Below the pieces are notes generated by a model. That model did not search any database. It worked only from the letters and a program-made list of their open reading frames with translations, and was not told where the DNA came from. The position numbers and the translations under genes are program-made. 23,466 nucleotides of DNA from Candidatus Rifleibacteriota bacterium (GTDB taxonomy: Bacteria > Muiribacteriota > Ozemobacteria > Ozemobacterales > Ozemobacteraceae): positions 1 to 23,466 of the forward strand of contig JBNJGH010000049.1 of the NCBI GenBank assembly GCA_051747585.1, written 5' to 3'. This document shows, one piece after another, positions 8,586-16,526 of the stretch. The number at the start of each line of letters is the position of its first letter. The first letter of the stretch is position 1.

Positions 8586-9776
8586 TTAATAACCGGCAGC
8601 TTTACGTAAACGCAGATAGTTTTCTTTGGCCGCCTGGTATTTTTTGAAAACTTCCATGATTTCATTCATTGGAGCCTGCTTTTGAATCTTGTATTGATAC
8701 AATTGTTTATAATACAAATAGGTTTCGTATGCTCTTTTTAGCTCGGCAGAAGTAGGTTTCTTCGAACTGCTCTGTTGGCTATCCGGGGTAGGCTGTCGGT
8801 TGACAACCGAGCCAGAGTTTGAAGACGAATTGCTGCTCGAAGAAGAACCTGAAGGATTTGACTCTGTATAAGAAGAATTTGCCGAATTATTTGAACTGCT
8901 GTTTACTCTTTCGGGGAGTCTGGCAATTTGTTTTTCAGCAGCTTCTATACGGTCTTCGGTTGGCGGATGGGTAGAAAAATATTTGGTTACCTTGCTGAGT
9001 TTATTGTCTTTATTAATCTTTTCAAAAAAGTCTAACAGACCATTTGGATCATAGCCTGCAGCATAACTATACTTTACCGCACATTCATCGGCTTCGAATT
9101 CGTCGCTGCGTGAAAACTTAAGATTTGCAAAATAAGAGGCAATCGCCGCATAGGACGCATATTTTCTAGTTTTTTTATTGAGCCCGAGCCCGGCAACCAG
9201 TAAAGTCATTAATCCGGCTTTTTCTGCCTGTCTTACACTATGCTTACAATCAACATGTCCCATTTCGTGTGCTACAACTCCGGCAAGCTCATCTTCTGAT
9301 TCGACCATATCAAGCAAACCACGGGTAATATAGACATAACCGCCGGGGGCGGCAAATGCATTTACTTCATCTGTATCCAATACGGCAAAATGCCAGGTAA
9401 GATCTTTTCTTTCGACATGCTTTATTAAACGTCTGGCTACAGTGCCAAGACGGCTGAGGGCTCTTTTATTGCGATAAAACCCAGGTTTTTTCTTTAAAGA
9501 CTCGTGAGTCTTTTTGCCCATCGAAAGCTCCCATTTATCTTCGAGACCACCGATAAAGGCCGAAGTTTGCGGAGCTTTCTCTCTGGATTGCTCAATGACT
9601 TTGTAGTTATCTTCGTCTGCACCGCCAAATGTGCGGTTAAGCGTAGCTGAAACTCTATCTAAGGCACCACTGACTTCGCCGAGGAAATCACCGATCGAAG
9701 CCTGGGCCGGAACTATAATTGAAACCTGAAACAGCAGAAGAAGAACCAGAACAAATAAATTTCGTCTGTTTCTCAC
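8586..9776 (-). CDS. M48 family zinc metalloprotease (BepA/YfgC-like) with signal peptide, Ser/Asn-rich linker and short helical C-terminal domain
   Basis: VNAFAAPGGYVYITRGLL, ELAGVVAHEMGH (HExxH), FSRSDEFEAD, AGYDP and STHP...RI. GTG start with GAGGT RBS. Confidence 0.92.
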   Translation of the reverse strand: MRNRRNLFVLVLLLLFQVSIIVPAQASIGDFLGEVSGALDRVSATLNRTFGGADEDNYKVIEQSREKAPQTSAFIGGLEDKWELSMGKKTHESLKKKPGFYRNKRALSRLGTVARRLIKHVERKDLTWHFAVLDTDEVNAFAAPGGYVYITRGLLDMVESEDELAGVVAHEMGHVDCKHSVRQAEKAGLMTLLVAGLGLNKKTRKYASYAAIASYFANLKFSRSDEFEADECAVKYSYAAGYDPNGLLDFFEKINKDNKLSKVTKYFSTHPPTEDRIEAAEKQIARLPERVNSSSNNSANSSYTESNPSGSSSSSNSSSNSGSVVNRQPTPDSQQSSSKKPTSAELKRAYETYLYYKQLYQYKIQKQAPMNEIMEVFKKYQAAKENYLRLRKAAGY

Positions 9777-9809
9777 ATTGTACCTCTTTTTTTATTATGA
9801 ATTATTTTA

Positions 9810-9838
9810 ATTTTATGTATTTATCTTGAAAGCGTCAA
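9810..9838 (-). promoter_or_regulatory. Sigma70-type promoter for the M48 peptidase gene
   Basis: Minus strand TTGACG-17 nt-TAAAAT, about 35 nt upstream of the GTG start. Confidence 0.7.
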
Positions 9839-9844
9839 CTCTTG

Positions 9845-9879
9845 TTGGCATTTTGCTTGATTTTGTGGCAAAATTCACT
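9845..9879 (+). promoter_or_regulatory. Putative promoter of the fadL-like gene with overlapping CRP/FNR-family-like box
   Basis: TTGGCA (9845-9850), 18 nt, then CAAAAT (9869-9874) preceded by TGn. It overlaps TGTGG-N6-TCACT (9864-9879), which matches 8 of 10 positions of TGTGA-N6-TCACA. Confidence 0.4.
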
Positions 9880-9910
9880 AATTAGAAAAATCAAATAGGA
9901 TGCTTGAAAA

Positions 9911-11197
9911 ATGAAAAAATATTTATTTACTGTTTTGATTTCTGCAGCTTTTGTAATTTTGTCTTTTGATTGTGCTTTTGCAAGTGGTTTTCAAATTTAT
10001 CAATCCGGTGGAGCCGATGCCATGGCTCTGGGCGCGGCAACGGTCGGGCGCGACGATCTTGTCTCGAGTGCCTGGTATAACCCTGCTGCAGTAATGGATT
10101 TTAAAAAGCCTCATTATAGTGCAGGAGTTTCGTTGGTAAAAGTAAACTGGGATTACGAACCAGGTAACGGAATAGACAAACTACAAACAAAAAAAGGAAT
10201 CCAATTTGTTCCAAGCTCACATCTTATTTATCCGGTAAATGAAAAATTTACAGCAGCTTTTTCTTTTTATGTCCCTTTCGGACTGGCAGTTGAATGGCAC
10301 GATGAAGACATAAAAAGACTTGCCGACTCGGGTTTGTTTAACAACCCGGCTTCTCCACCGGGAACTATTCTCAGCAAAGGTCTTCCAGCCCAGACAAAAT
10401 TGCAGGCTCCTTATTTTAATTCAACCATTGCAACCAGATTAAATGACAAATTAAGTGTTGCCGGGGGATTAAGTGTTATAAAAGCAAATTTTAAAATGCG
10501 TATTTTATCTCGTGGAACCGCTTTGCCATCAACCCCGTTATGGGATACTTTTATGAAGTATCAAGCGGATGGCTGGGGCCTGGGCTATGTTCTGGCAGCT
10601 CATTACAAGCAAAGCGACAGTCTTAAGTTCGGTTTGCGCTATCTTTCGCACGCAGACGTTGATCTGAAGGGCACGGTCGAGGATCATCCCAAGGTTGCAA
10701 TTGCAAGAGTTAAAGGAACTTTGAAGCTCCCTTCGACCCTTACCATAGGTTTTGTGAAGAATTTTTCAGATCGCTGGCAGGTTTCATGCGATATTATGCG
10801 TAATGACTGGAGTCGCTATGACGAGTTAAGAATTGAACCACGAGATCAGGGTGCTACTCAGGGCGGTCTTCTTGCGCCCAAAAATTGGGAGGATTCTTAC
10901 TCTTATCGTTTTGGTGCTGAATACAAATATTCAGAGAAATGGTCACTAAGAGGTGGTTACGTATTGGACAAGTCTCCTTTACCTACCGAAACCAGAGGTT
11001 TGGAGCTTGCCGCAAGTGATGGTCATATTTTTTCAATTGGGGCATCACGAAAAGTCAGAGATTATTCTTTCGACATAGGTTACAGCTATATGATTCTGGA
11101 AAATGCCGATGCAGGGTCTGTTTCTCTTAACAGTGTGGGCGAATTTACCAATGCTTACAACCATTTTCTTATGTTCAGCTATAATCGAGCATTTTAA
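9911..11197 (+). CDS. fadL: OmpP1/FadL/TodX family outer-membrane transporter
   Basis: Signal peptide ending AFA, mature N-terminus SGFQIYQ...AMALGAA, WYNPAA hatch motif, YVPFGL and W.DSYSYRFGAEY...LRGGYVLDKSP. C-terminal beta-signal SYNRAF. Confidence 0.9.
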   Translation: MKKYLFTVLISAAFVILSFDCAFASGFQIYQSGGADAMALGAATVGRDDLVSSAWYNPAAVMDFKKPHYSAGVSLVKVNWDYEPGNGIDKLQTKKGIQFVPSSHLIYPVNEKFTAAFSFYVPFGLAVEWHDEDIKRLADSGLFNNPASPPGTILSKGLPAQTKLQAPYFNSTIATRLNDKLSVAGGLSVIKANFKMRILSRGTALPSTPLWDTFMKYQADGWGLGYVLAAHYKQSDSLKFGLRYLSHADVDLKGTVEDHPKVAIARVKGTLKLPSTLTIGFVKNFSDRWQVSCDIMRNDWSRYDELRIEPRDQGATQGGLLAPKNWEDSYSYRFGAEYKYSEKWSLRGGYVLDKSPLPTETRGLELAASDGHIFSIGASRKVRDYSFDIGYSYMILENADAGSVSLNSVGEFTNAYNHFLMFSYNRAF

Positions 11198-11264
11198 TCT
11201 AATAGAGATTGAGGTACAATTTAAACTTCAGGTAATTAAACAGGGGTTTTCAGGAGGTTATTAC

Positions 11265-12719
11265 ATGCGCAAATATTACTGGTTTCTGGCTTTAGCAGCA
11301 TTTTTCTTTTCATACGATTCATGTCTGGCACTGGACATGAGTTCAACCGAAATTCTACAAACTAAAGGTCGGGTAGAAGTAAAAAAAGGACCGACGGAAA
11401 TATTTAAAAAACTTCACCGCAATTTAAGACTTGCCGGCTCTTTAAAGCGATTGAACAGCGGCGACAAAGTAAGAACCAGGCAAAAAAGCAGCGCCGAAAT
11501 GGCACTTAAAGAAACCTGTATTCTAGCAGTTAAAGAGCAAAGCCTTTTTGAAGTTCCGCAAACTGTTGGAAAAGAAGCTATGGCAGAGCTTAAAGCACAG
11601 CAAGGATCACTTTTATTTAAAGTGGTTTCGGGAAATGATTTCAAAGTAAAAACTGCCGACGTCATTGCCGGAGTTAAAGGCACCCTTTTTGAAATGGATA
11701 TAGTTGACAGTTTTAACACCATACTCGAAACCCCTTCTATAGAGCTGGGAACAATTGCAGCAGGTGGCACAATGGTCAACGTTTATCGCGGAGAAGTTGA
11801 GTTGACGCACGCACAAACCGGGAAGCAAAAAAAACTTAACGCAGGTGAAGGAATTACAGTATTTTCCGGTTCTTTATTGAAGCTGAATGCAGCATTAAAA
11901 AATGGTTTTGGTACATTGCGAAAATTTGACCCCGAAAACCTCTTGAGCCAGAATTTTGGCAATGGAGCATTGGAATTATTGAACCTGGCACCGAATCTTA
12001 CCTCGATGACTGGTTTTGCAGGCACAGGTTCTTTTAAATCGGCACTTGGTGCCCCTGGCGTTAGATTCAACAACCTTTTCACAGGCCTGAGTAAAACAGT
12101 AAAAGACAGCATAAGAATAGATGAACTCGAAAAAGGAATAGATATTATAAATGATTTTAAAGACGAAAAGTTCAAGGCGGATTTTTCTAAATACAGGCCA
12201 ATAAAGTCTTCTAAGAACTTGAATAACCGTAAATTTCAAGAAATCTATCTTGGTAAAAAAACTTTTGCCGCCTGCAAGGCAGATTTTGGAACACAAAGAT
12301 TAAAAGTAGAACCCGGTATTGAAGGTTTAAGCCTTATAGAAGGAAACGGAACCTTTAGGGTTATAAGATTCAAAAATGCCGGTAAAGACCTTGAATTTCT
12401 GGTCAGCTATTATGAAACCGGCAACCAGAGAATAACAGCAGTTAACGTTCTCAAAGGCGAACTCTACGGTCGTCTGCCGGGCGAAATAGAATATTTTAAA
12501 ATTCCGGCTGGCGAGGTAGCTTTCGTTTGCAACGCTGAAAAACCCCAGGGAACATGGACAAAAGCTCAGCAAAACAGCTTTGTTCCACAACAAAAAAGAT
12601 ATGTCTTCAGGGTTGCCGAAGAAATTTCCCAAAAACGGGAAGCTGTAGAAAAAAGAAATACCAAAAAGAAAATTAAAGGTGTAAAGAAAATACTTAAATA
12701 TAAAGGTTTCGGCTTCTAA
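11265..12719 (+). CDS. Exported FecR-domain protein
   Basis: Start corrected to ATG 11265 (AGGAGG RBS, then signal peptide MRKYYWFLALAAFFFSYDSCLA). FecR pattern GDKVRT...SSAEM, QGSLLFKV, FKVKTADVIAGVKGTLF, VNVYRGEVEL, LNAGE. Confidence 0.8.
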   Translation: MRKYYWFLALAAFFFSYDSCLALDMSSTEILQTKGRVEVKKGPTEIFKKLHRNLRLAGSLKRLNSGDKVRTRQKSSAEMALKETCILAVKEQSLFEVPQTVGKEAMAELKAQQGSLLFKVVSGNDFKVKTADVIAGVKGTLFEMDIVDSFNTILETPSIELGTIAAGGTMVNVYRGEVELTHAQTGKQKKLNAGEGITVFSGSLLKLNAALKNGFGTLRKFDPENLLSQNFGNGALELLNLAPNLTSMTGFAGTGSFKSALGAPGVRFNNLFTGLSKTVKDSIRIDELEKGIDIINDFKDEKFKADFSKYRPIKSSKNLNNRKFQEIYLGKKTFAACKADFGTQRLKVEPGIEGLSLIEGNGTFRVIRFKNAGKDLEFLVSYYETGNQRITAVNVLKGELYGRLPGEIEYFKIPAGEVAFVCNAEKPQGTWTKAQQNSFVPQQKRYVFRVAEEISQKREAVEKRNTKKKIKGVKKILKYKGFGF

Positions 12720-12721
12720 GA

Positions 12722-15700
12722 ATGACCGGTAAGTTTACCCGGAAATTTAACCGCAATATATCCGATAATGGTAAAAGAGCCTTTCTGGTTCTTTTACCAA
12801 TTTTGTTTATCTCTTTTCTTCCTTTTGTAAATAATCTGTTCTCCTGGCTGGATGCAAAAGTTGTCGACCTCTTTTTTGCACTCAAACCATACACAGATCA
12901 AACCGCTCCCAATCACACCGCTTTAACAATTGTCAAAGATCAGACTTTCTTTAAACGATTTGGCCGAGACCCTGATCGCAGAGATTTTGCCAGATTGGTA
13001 AATCATCTCAAAGAAGCTGATGTTAAGCTGGTTGCTTTTGATTTCATTTTCAGCTCGGCAACTGATCCCGAAAAAGACAAATCGCTGGTTAATGCTTTAG
13101 ATGAATTTCCTTATACTCTGGTAGCGCAGCACTTTGTTTCAAGGGGTCGGCAAACCTTTGAAACAGACAATCTTTATGACAACCAGGCATTCAGACCACC
13201 CTGGCCTGTTAAGCTATGGCCGCCACTTGCAAAAGCTGTTTCGCTTAAAGGCCTGATTAATCTGGTTGCAGATTTTGATTCAACGGTAAGATATGCGCCA
13301 ATAGCATTTCACCCGACAGAGATGAGTGAATTTTTACCATCTTTTGCCTATGCTGCCTATATTGCAAGACTATTTTCTGATTCAACTGAAAATCTGGACT
13401 TAAACAGCATACAACCAGACTTTTCTAACTGTGAAAATACCCTGCTACAAACTATCAATCAAGGCCCGTTTAAGTTTAATTCTTCCGGACACAAGGGAAT
13501 AGATATTATGACCCGAAGGCTGGAAATAAAACTTCTTGCCGATTATCTGGCGCGTTTTAATCCTCAAAAAAAAAGCCGGTTGGAAGCTGCCGCACAGAAT
13601 TTAAACCTGAGCCTTTTAAACAAAAGCACCTGGCTTGAGCTTCCCTCAGATGCCCTACCTCTGACCGGCAATTATGATATGCCCTGTATCAGGCTTAATT
13701 TTTATAAGTCACAGCCGCCACAAAAAAGTGACACCATTAAAAATTTGTCTATGAGTTTGCTCTTAAAAACAAAAGAAGACCAAAAATGGGCAAACCGTTT
13801 ATACAAGTATGATTTAAACATTAAAGAAAGCCAGGCAAAAATACCCCTTGCCTTCAACTGGCAAGCGCCCGGCGAAAGCAAAATAACAGGCAATGTTGAA
13901 TTCTTTAACAACCGGAAGACTGAGAACCTTGTTGTAAGACTGGAAATGTCTGATGGGGCATATTGGGATATTGTTAAAACCGACGAAACAGGAAAATTCA
14001 TTTTCGACAAGGTGCCCGCAGGCAATTTTATAATCACTGTAATTAACAAAACTTCAAATGGCTACAGTAAAAGTAGCCTGAGCGGGAAAAGTGAACCCGG
14101 CCGGATCATCAATCTGCCGAAGCTTTACGGCTTCAGCCCGGATTACAAGGTAAATTTTAAAGACAAGCTGCCACCAGAAACAGATGAAATCTTTATTTTT
14201 GGAGAACCGCTTCATCTGATAAAAACTGACAAGAAGGGGTTATGCAATGCCTCTCTGCCCGATGAATTTGAACTTTTCTGCCTTGATGAAAATATTGAAA
14301 ATTTCAAAATCAATGATGGCATCTTCACCGACTCAAATGGAGAAGCATTAACAGAAAAAGTTTTTGCCGCAATAAAAACAGATCCCCTCTGGAATCACGA
14401 ATTCTTATTCAAATTCAAGCCCGGTCAAAAAATCAAAGTTCCATCAACTATTAATAGTCAGCTAATTCTTTTTTCCGACAAAACCGGCAACTCAAAGCAA
14501 AAAACAACAGAATTAACTGTTTATCCAGAAACAGATAATCTCGTTACAGAAGTTCCTGAATTAACTCATAAAGAAAAACAGAAAATTAGAGCCGGCTTTA
14601 AGCACAAAAATCCCCTGAATGAATTATTTGCAATCTCTGAAACCGAAAACAGAATCAAGCTTACTACTGACAGCGAAATACTTTTAGAACCGGGAAAGTA
14701 TAATTTTTTTGCCACGAAGGGTAAGTTAAGGGGCAAATTTAACCGCCTCAAAGCGCAGATTGGCAACCGAACCCCTTTTATTGGAACTTCTCTGGCTGAA
14801 GACCAGGATTTTATAACCACTCCGATAAATTTTCTTGATTCTTCATTTAACCGATTACCCGGAGTTAACCTGCACGCCAACCTGTTTTCTGCTTTAATGA
14901 GAAATGATTTTCTTAAACCGCTTTTTATTCATAGCGATTATATGCCTTACAGCTGGCCTTTATGGCAGGTGCTGGCGATTTTGCCATTCCTGCTGATCTG
15001 CAATTTCATATTTTTCAAGCTCGGCGCTTTATGGGGCGGCTTTGCAATTGTTCTAACAGCTTGCGCCTGGTTTTCTACAGCTTTTTTCTGTTTTTTATAC
15101 AGTATGCTGTTGCCGGTTTTTATACCTGTTGTTTCGATAGCCTCATTTGGCATCAGTCGTGGTTACATTGCCTGGGCAATAAGCAAACGCAAAGAACAGG
15201 AAACCCGCTCAACCTTTGGACGATTTATTTCTTCTGCAGTTGTTGAAGATATCTTAAAAACGCCTGAATCATTAAAACCGGGGGGAGAGAAAAAGGAATT
15301 AACAATAATGTTTTCTGACCTGGCGGGGTTTACTACAATTTCTGAAAAGCTCCCACCCGAACAGCTGACAGAACTCATGAACGAATATCTGGGTGAAATG
15401 ACGAAATTGCTGTTTGATTATAGAGGCACTCTGGATAAATATATTGGCGATGCGATAATGGCTTTCTGGAATCACCCGAAAGAACAGGCTGACCACCCTG
15501 AGCTGGCTGCCAGATGCGCAATCGCCATGCAGAAAAAGCTGATAGAATTGCGGCAAAAATGGAAAAAACATGGGCTTCCTGAAGTTCAGGTTCGAGTAGG
15601 TTTAAATACTGCCAATTCAATGGTTGGCTTTATTGGCAGCGATATTCAAATGAATTTCACCTGTCTGGGAGACGGAGTAAACCTGGCTTCAAGGCTGGAA

Positions 15701-16078
15701 GGTGCAAATAAACCATACAATACCCTTATGATGATTTCGGAATCGGTATACAAAAGATTAAACCCGGAAGTGTTCAGCACAAGATTTCTTGATTACCTTG
15801 CAGTTAAAGGTAAAAAGCAGCCAATAAAAGTATATGAATTACGCGGTTATTTGAGTGAAGAAAAAGAAGAATGGTTAAAAGCAGAAAAGTTCTATAATAA
15901 AGGAATAGAAAGCTACTTAAATAGAGATTGGAACAAAGCTATAGAATTATTTGAAAAGGTGCTGAAATTTGTTCCTCAAGATTCGCCAACCAGGATTTTT
16001 ATTGAAAGAAGTCTGGCTTTCAAAAAAAATCCCCCACCCGAAGACTGGGATGGAAGATTTATTTTAACAAGCAAATAG
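12722..16078 (+). CDS. CHASE2-sensor membrane adenylate cyclase (class III) with large periplasmic insertion and C-terminal TPR-like region
   Basis: N-terminal TM, then CHASE2 motifs (RRDFARLV..L...VAFDFIF; GLIN...D.DSTVR; FIGT...DFITTP...PGVNLHAN) and three TMs. Cyclase motifs FSDLAGFTTISE, DKYIGDAIMAFW, TCLGDGVNLASRLEG and VKGK. Ends with a TPR-like segment and PPPEDWDG. Confidence 0.92.
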   Translation: MTGKFTRKFNRNISDNGKRAFLVLLPILFISFLPFVNNLFSWLDAKVVDLFFALKPYTDQTAPNHTALTIVKDQTFFKRFGRDPDRRDFARLVNHLKEADVKLVAFDFIFSSATDPEKDKSLVNALDEFPYTLVAQHFVSRGRQTFETDNLYDNQAFRPPWPVKLWPPLAKAVSLKGLINLVADFDSTVRYAPIAFHPTEMSEFLPSFAYAAYIARLFSDSTENLDLNSIQPDFSNCENTLLQTINQGPFKFNSSGHKGIDIMTRRLEIKLLADYLARFNPQKKSRLEAAAQNLNLSLLNKSTWLELPSDALPLTGNYDMPCIRLNFYKSQPPQKSDTIKNLSMSLLLKTKEDQKWANRLYKYDLNIKESQAKIPLAFNWQAPGESKITGNVEFFNNRKTENLVVRLEMSDGAYWDIVKTDETGKFIFDKVPAGNFIITVINKTSNGYSKSSLSGKSEPGRIINLPKLYGFSPDYKVNFKDKLPPETDEIFIFGEPLHLIKTDKKGLCNASLPDEFELFCLDENIENFKINDGIFTDSNGEALTEKVFAAIKTDPLWNHEFLFKFKPGQKIKVPSTINSQLILFSDKTGNSKQKTTELTVYPETDNLVTEVPELTHKEKQKIRAGFKHKNPLNELFAISETENRIKLTTDSEILLEPGKYNFFATKGKLRGKFNRLKAQIGNRTPFIGTSLAEDQDFITTPINFLDSSFNRLPGVNLHANLFSALMRNDFLKPLFIHSDYMPYSWPLWQVLAILPFLLICNFIFFKLGALWGGFAIVLTACAWFSTAFFCFLYSMLLPVFIPVVSIASFGISRGYIAWAISKRKEQETRSTFGRFISSAVVEDILKTPESLKPGGEKKELTIMFSDLAGFTTISEKLPPEQLTELMNEYLGEMTKLLFDYRGTLDKYIGDAIMAFWNHPKEQADHPELAARCAIAMQKKLIELRQKWKKHGLPEVQVRVGLNTANSMVGFIGSDIQMNFTCLGDGVNLASRLEGANKPYNTLMMISESVYKRLNPEVFSTRFLDYLAVKGKKQPIKVYELRGYLSEEKEEWLKAEKFYNKGIESYLNRDWNKAIELFEKVLKFVPQDSPTRIFIERSLAFKKNPPPEDWDGRFILTSK

Positions 16079-16088
16079 CTACTGCTAT

Positions 16089-16526
16089 TTATAGTTGTAA
16101 TTCCATCGGCACATGGTCAATACCGGCCTCATCAAACACCGGCCCCACAGTAATAAAACCAAGCTTTTTATACATGGCTTCAACCAGACATTGAGCGTGA
16201 ATGTCAATTCTGGTACACCCAAGCTCGTTAGCTTTTTCGATAAGTTTTTTAACAACCCTTCTGCCCATACCCTGGTGGCGGTGTTCGGGCAAAACGGCAA
16301 CTCTTCCAAGTATTGCTACAGACGGATTTTCAGCATCTTTGTACACTCTTCCGGTTGCAACGGGTTCTTTACCTTTCAGGGCAACTACATGCCAGGCCAG
16401 GTCGTCGAATTCATCTTTTTCAAGCTCCTCTGGAACCTTCTGTTCATTGACAAACACTCTGTAACGAACCCGCATGGCGAGTTCGAATTCCCGAGTTTTA
16501 CCTTTAAAGAAATGAAACTTGATCAT
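16089..16526 (-). CDS. GNAT family N-acetyltransferase (ElaA/YjcF-like)
   Basis: RYRVFVNEQKVP..LEKDEFD, GRVAVLPEHRHQGMGR, HAQ...YKKLGF...G.VFDEAGIDHVPM. The start overlaps the RND stop (ATGA). Confidence 0.92.
   Translation of the reverse strand: MIKFHFFKGKTREFELAMRVRYRVFVNEQKVPEELEKDEFDDLAWHVVALKGKEPVATGRVYKDAENPSVAILGRVAVLPEHRHQGMGRRVVKKLIEKANELGCTRIDIHAQCLVEAMYKKLGFITVGPVFDEAGIDHVPMELQL

Noticed and set aside
9845..9861. Sigma54-like promoter TTGGCATTTTGCTTGA upstream of fadL
   Set aside because: The -12 position reads GA rather than GC. It cannot be distinguished from the sigma70 reading without TSS data.
9777..9910. Shared TetR regulation of fadL and the efflux operon
   Set aside because: No copy of the GACTGACTAGTCAGTC motif is visible in the fadL promoter region.
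11103..11264. 54-aa N-terminal extension of the FecR protein
   Set aside because: It overlaps fadL. A strong AGGAGG RBS and signal peptide support ATG 11265.
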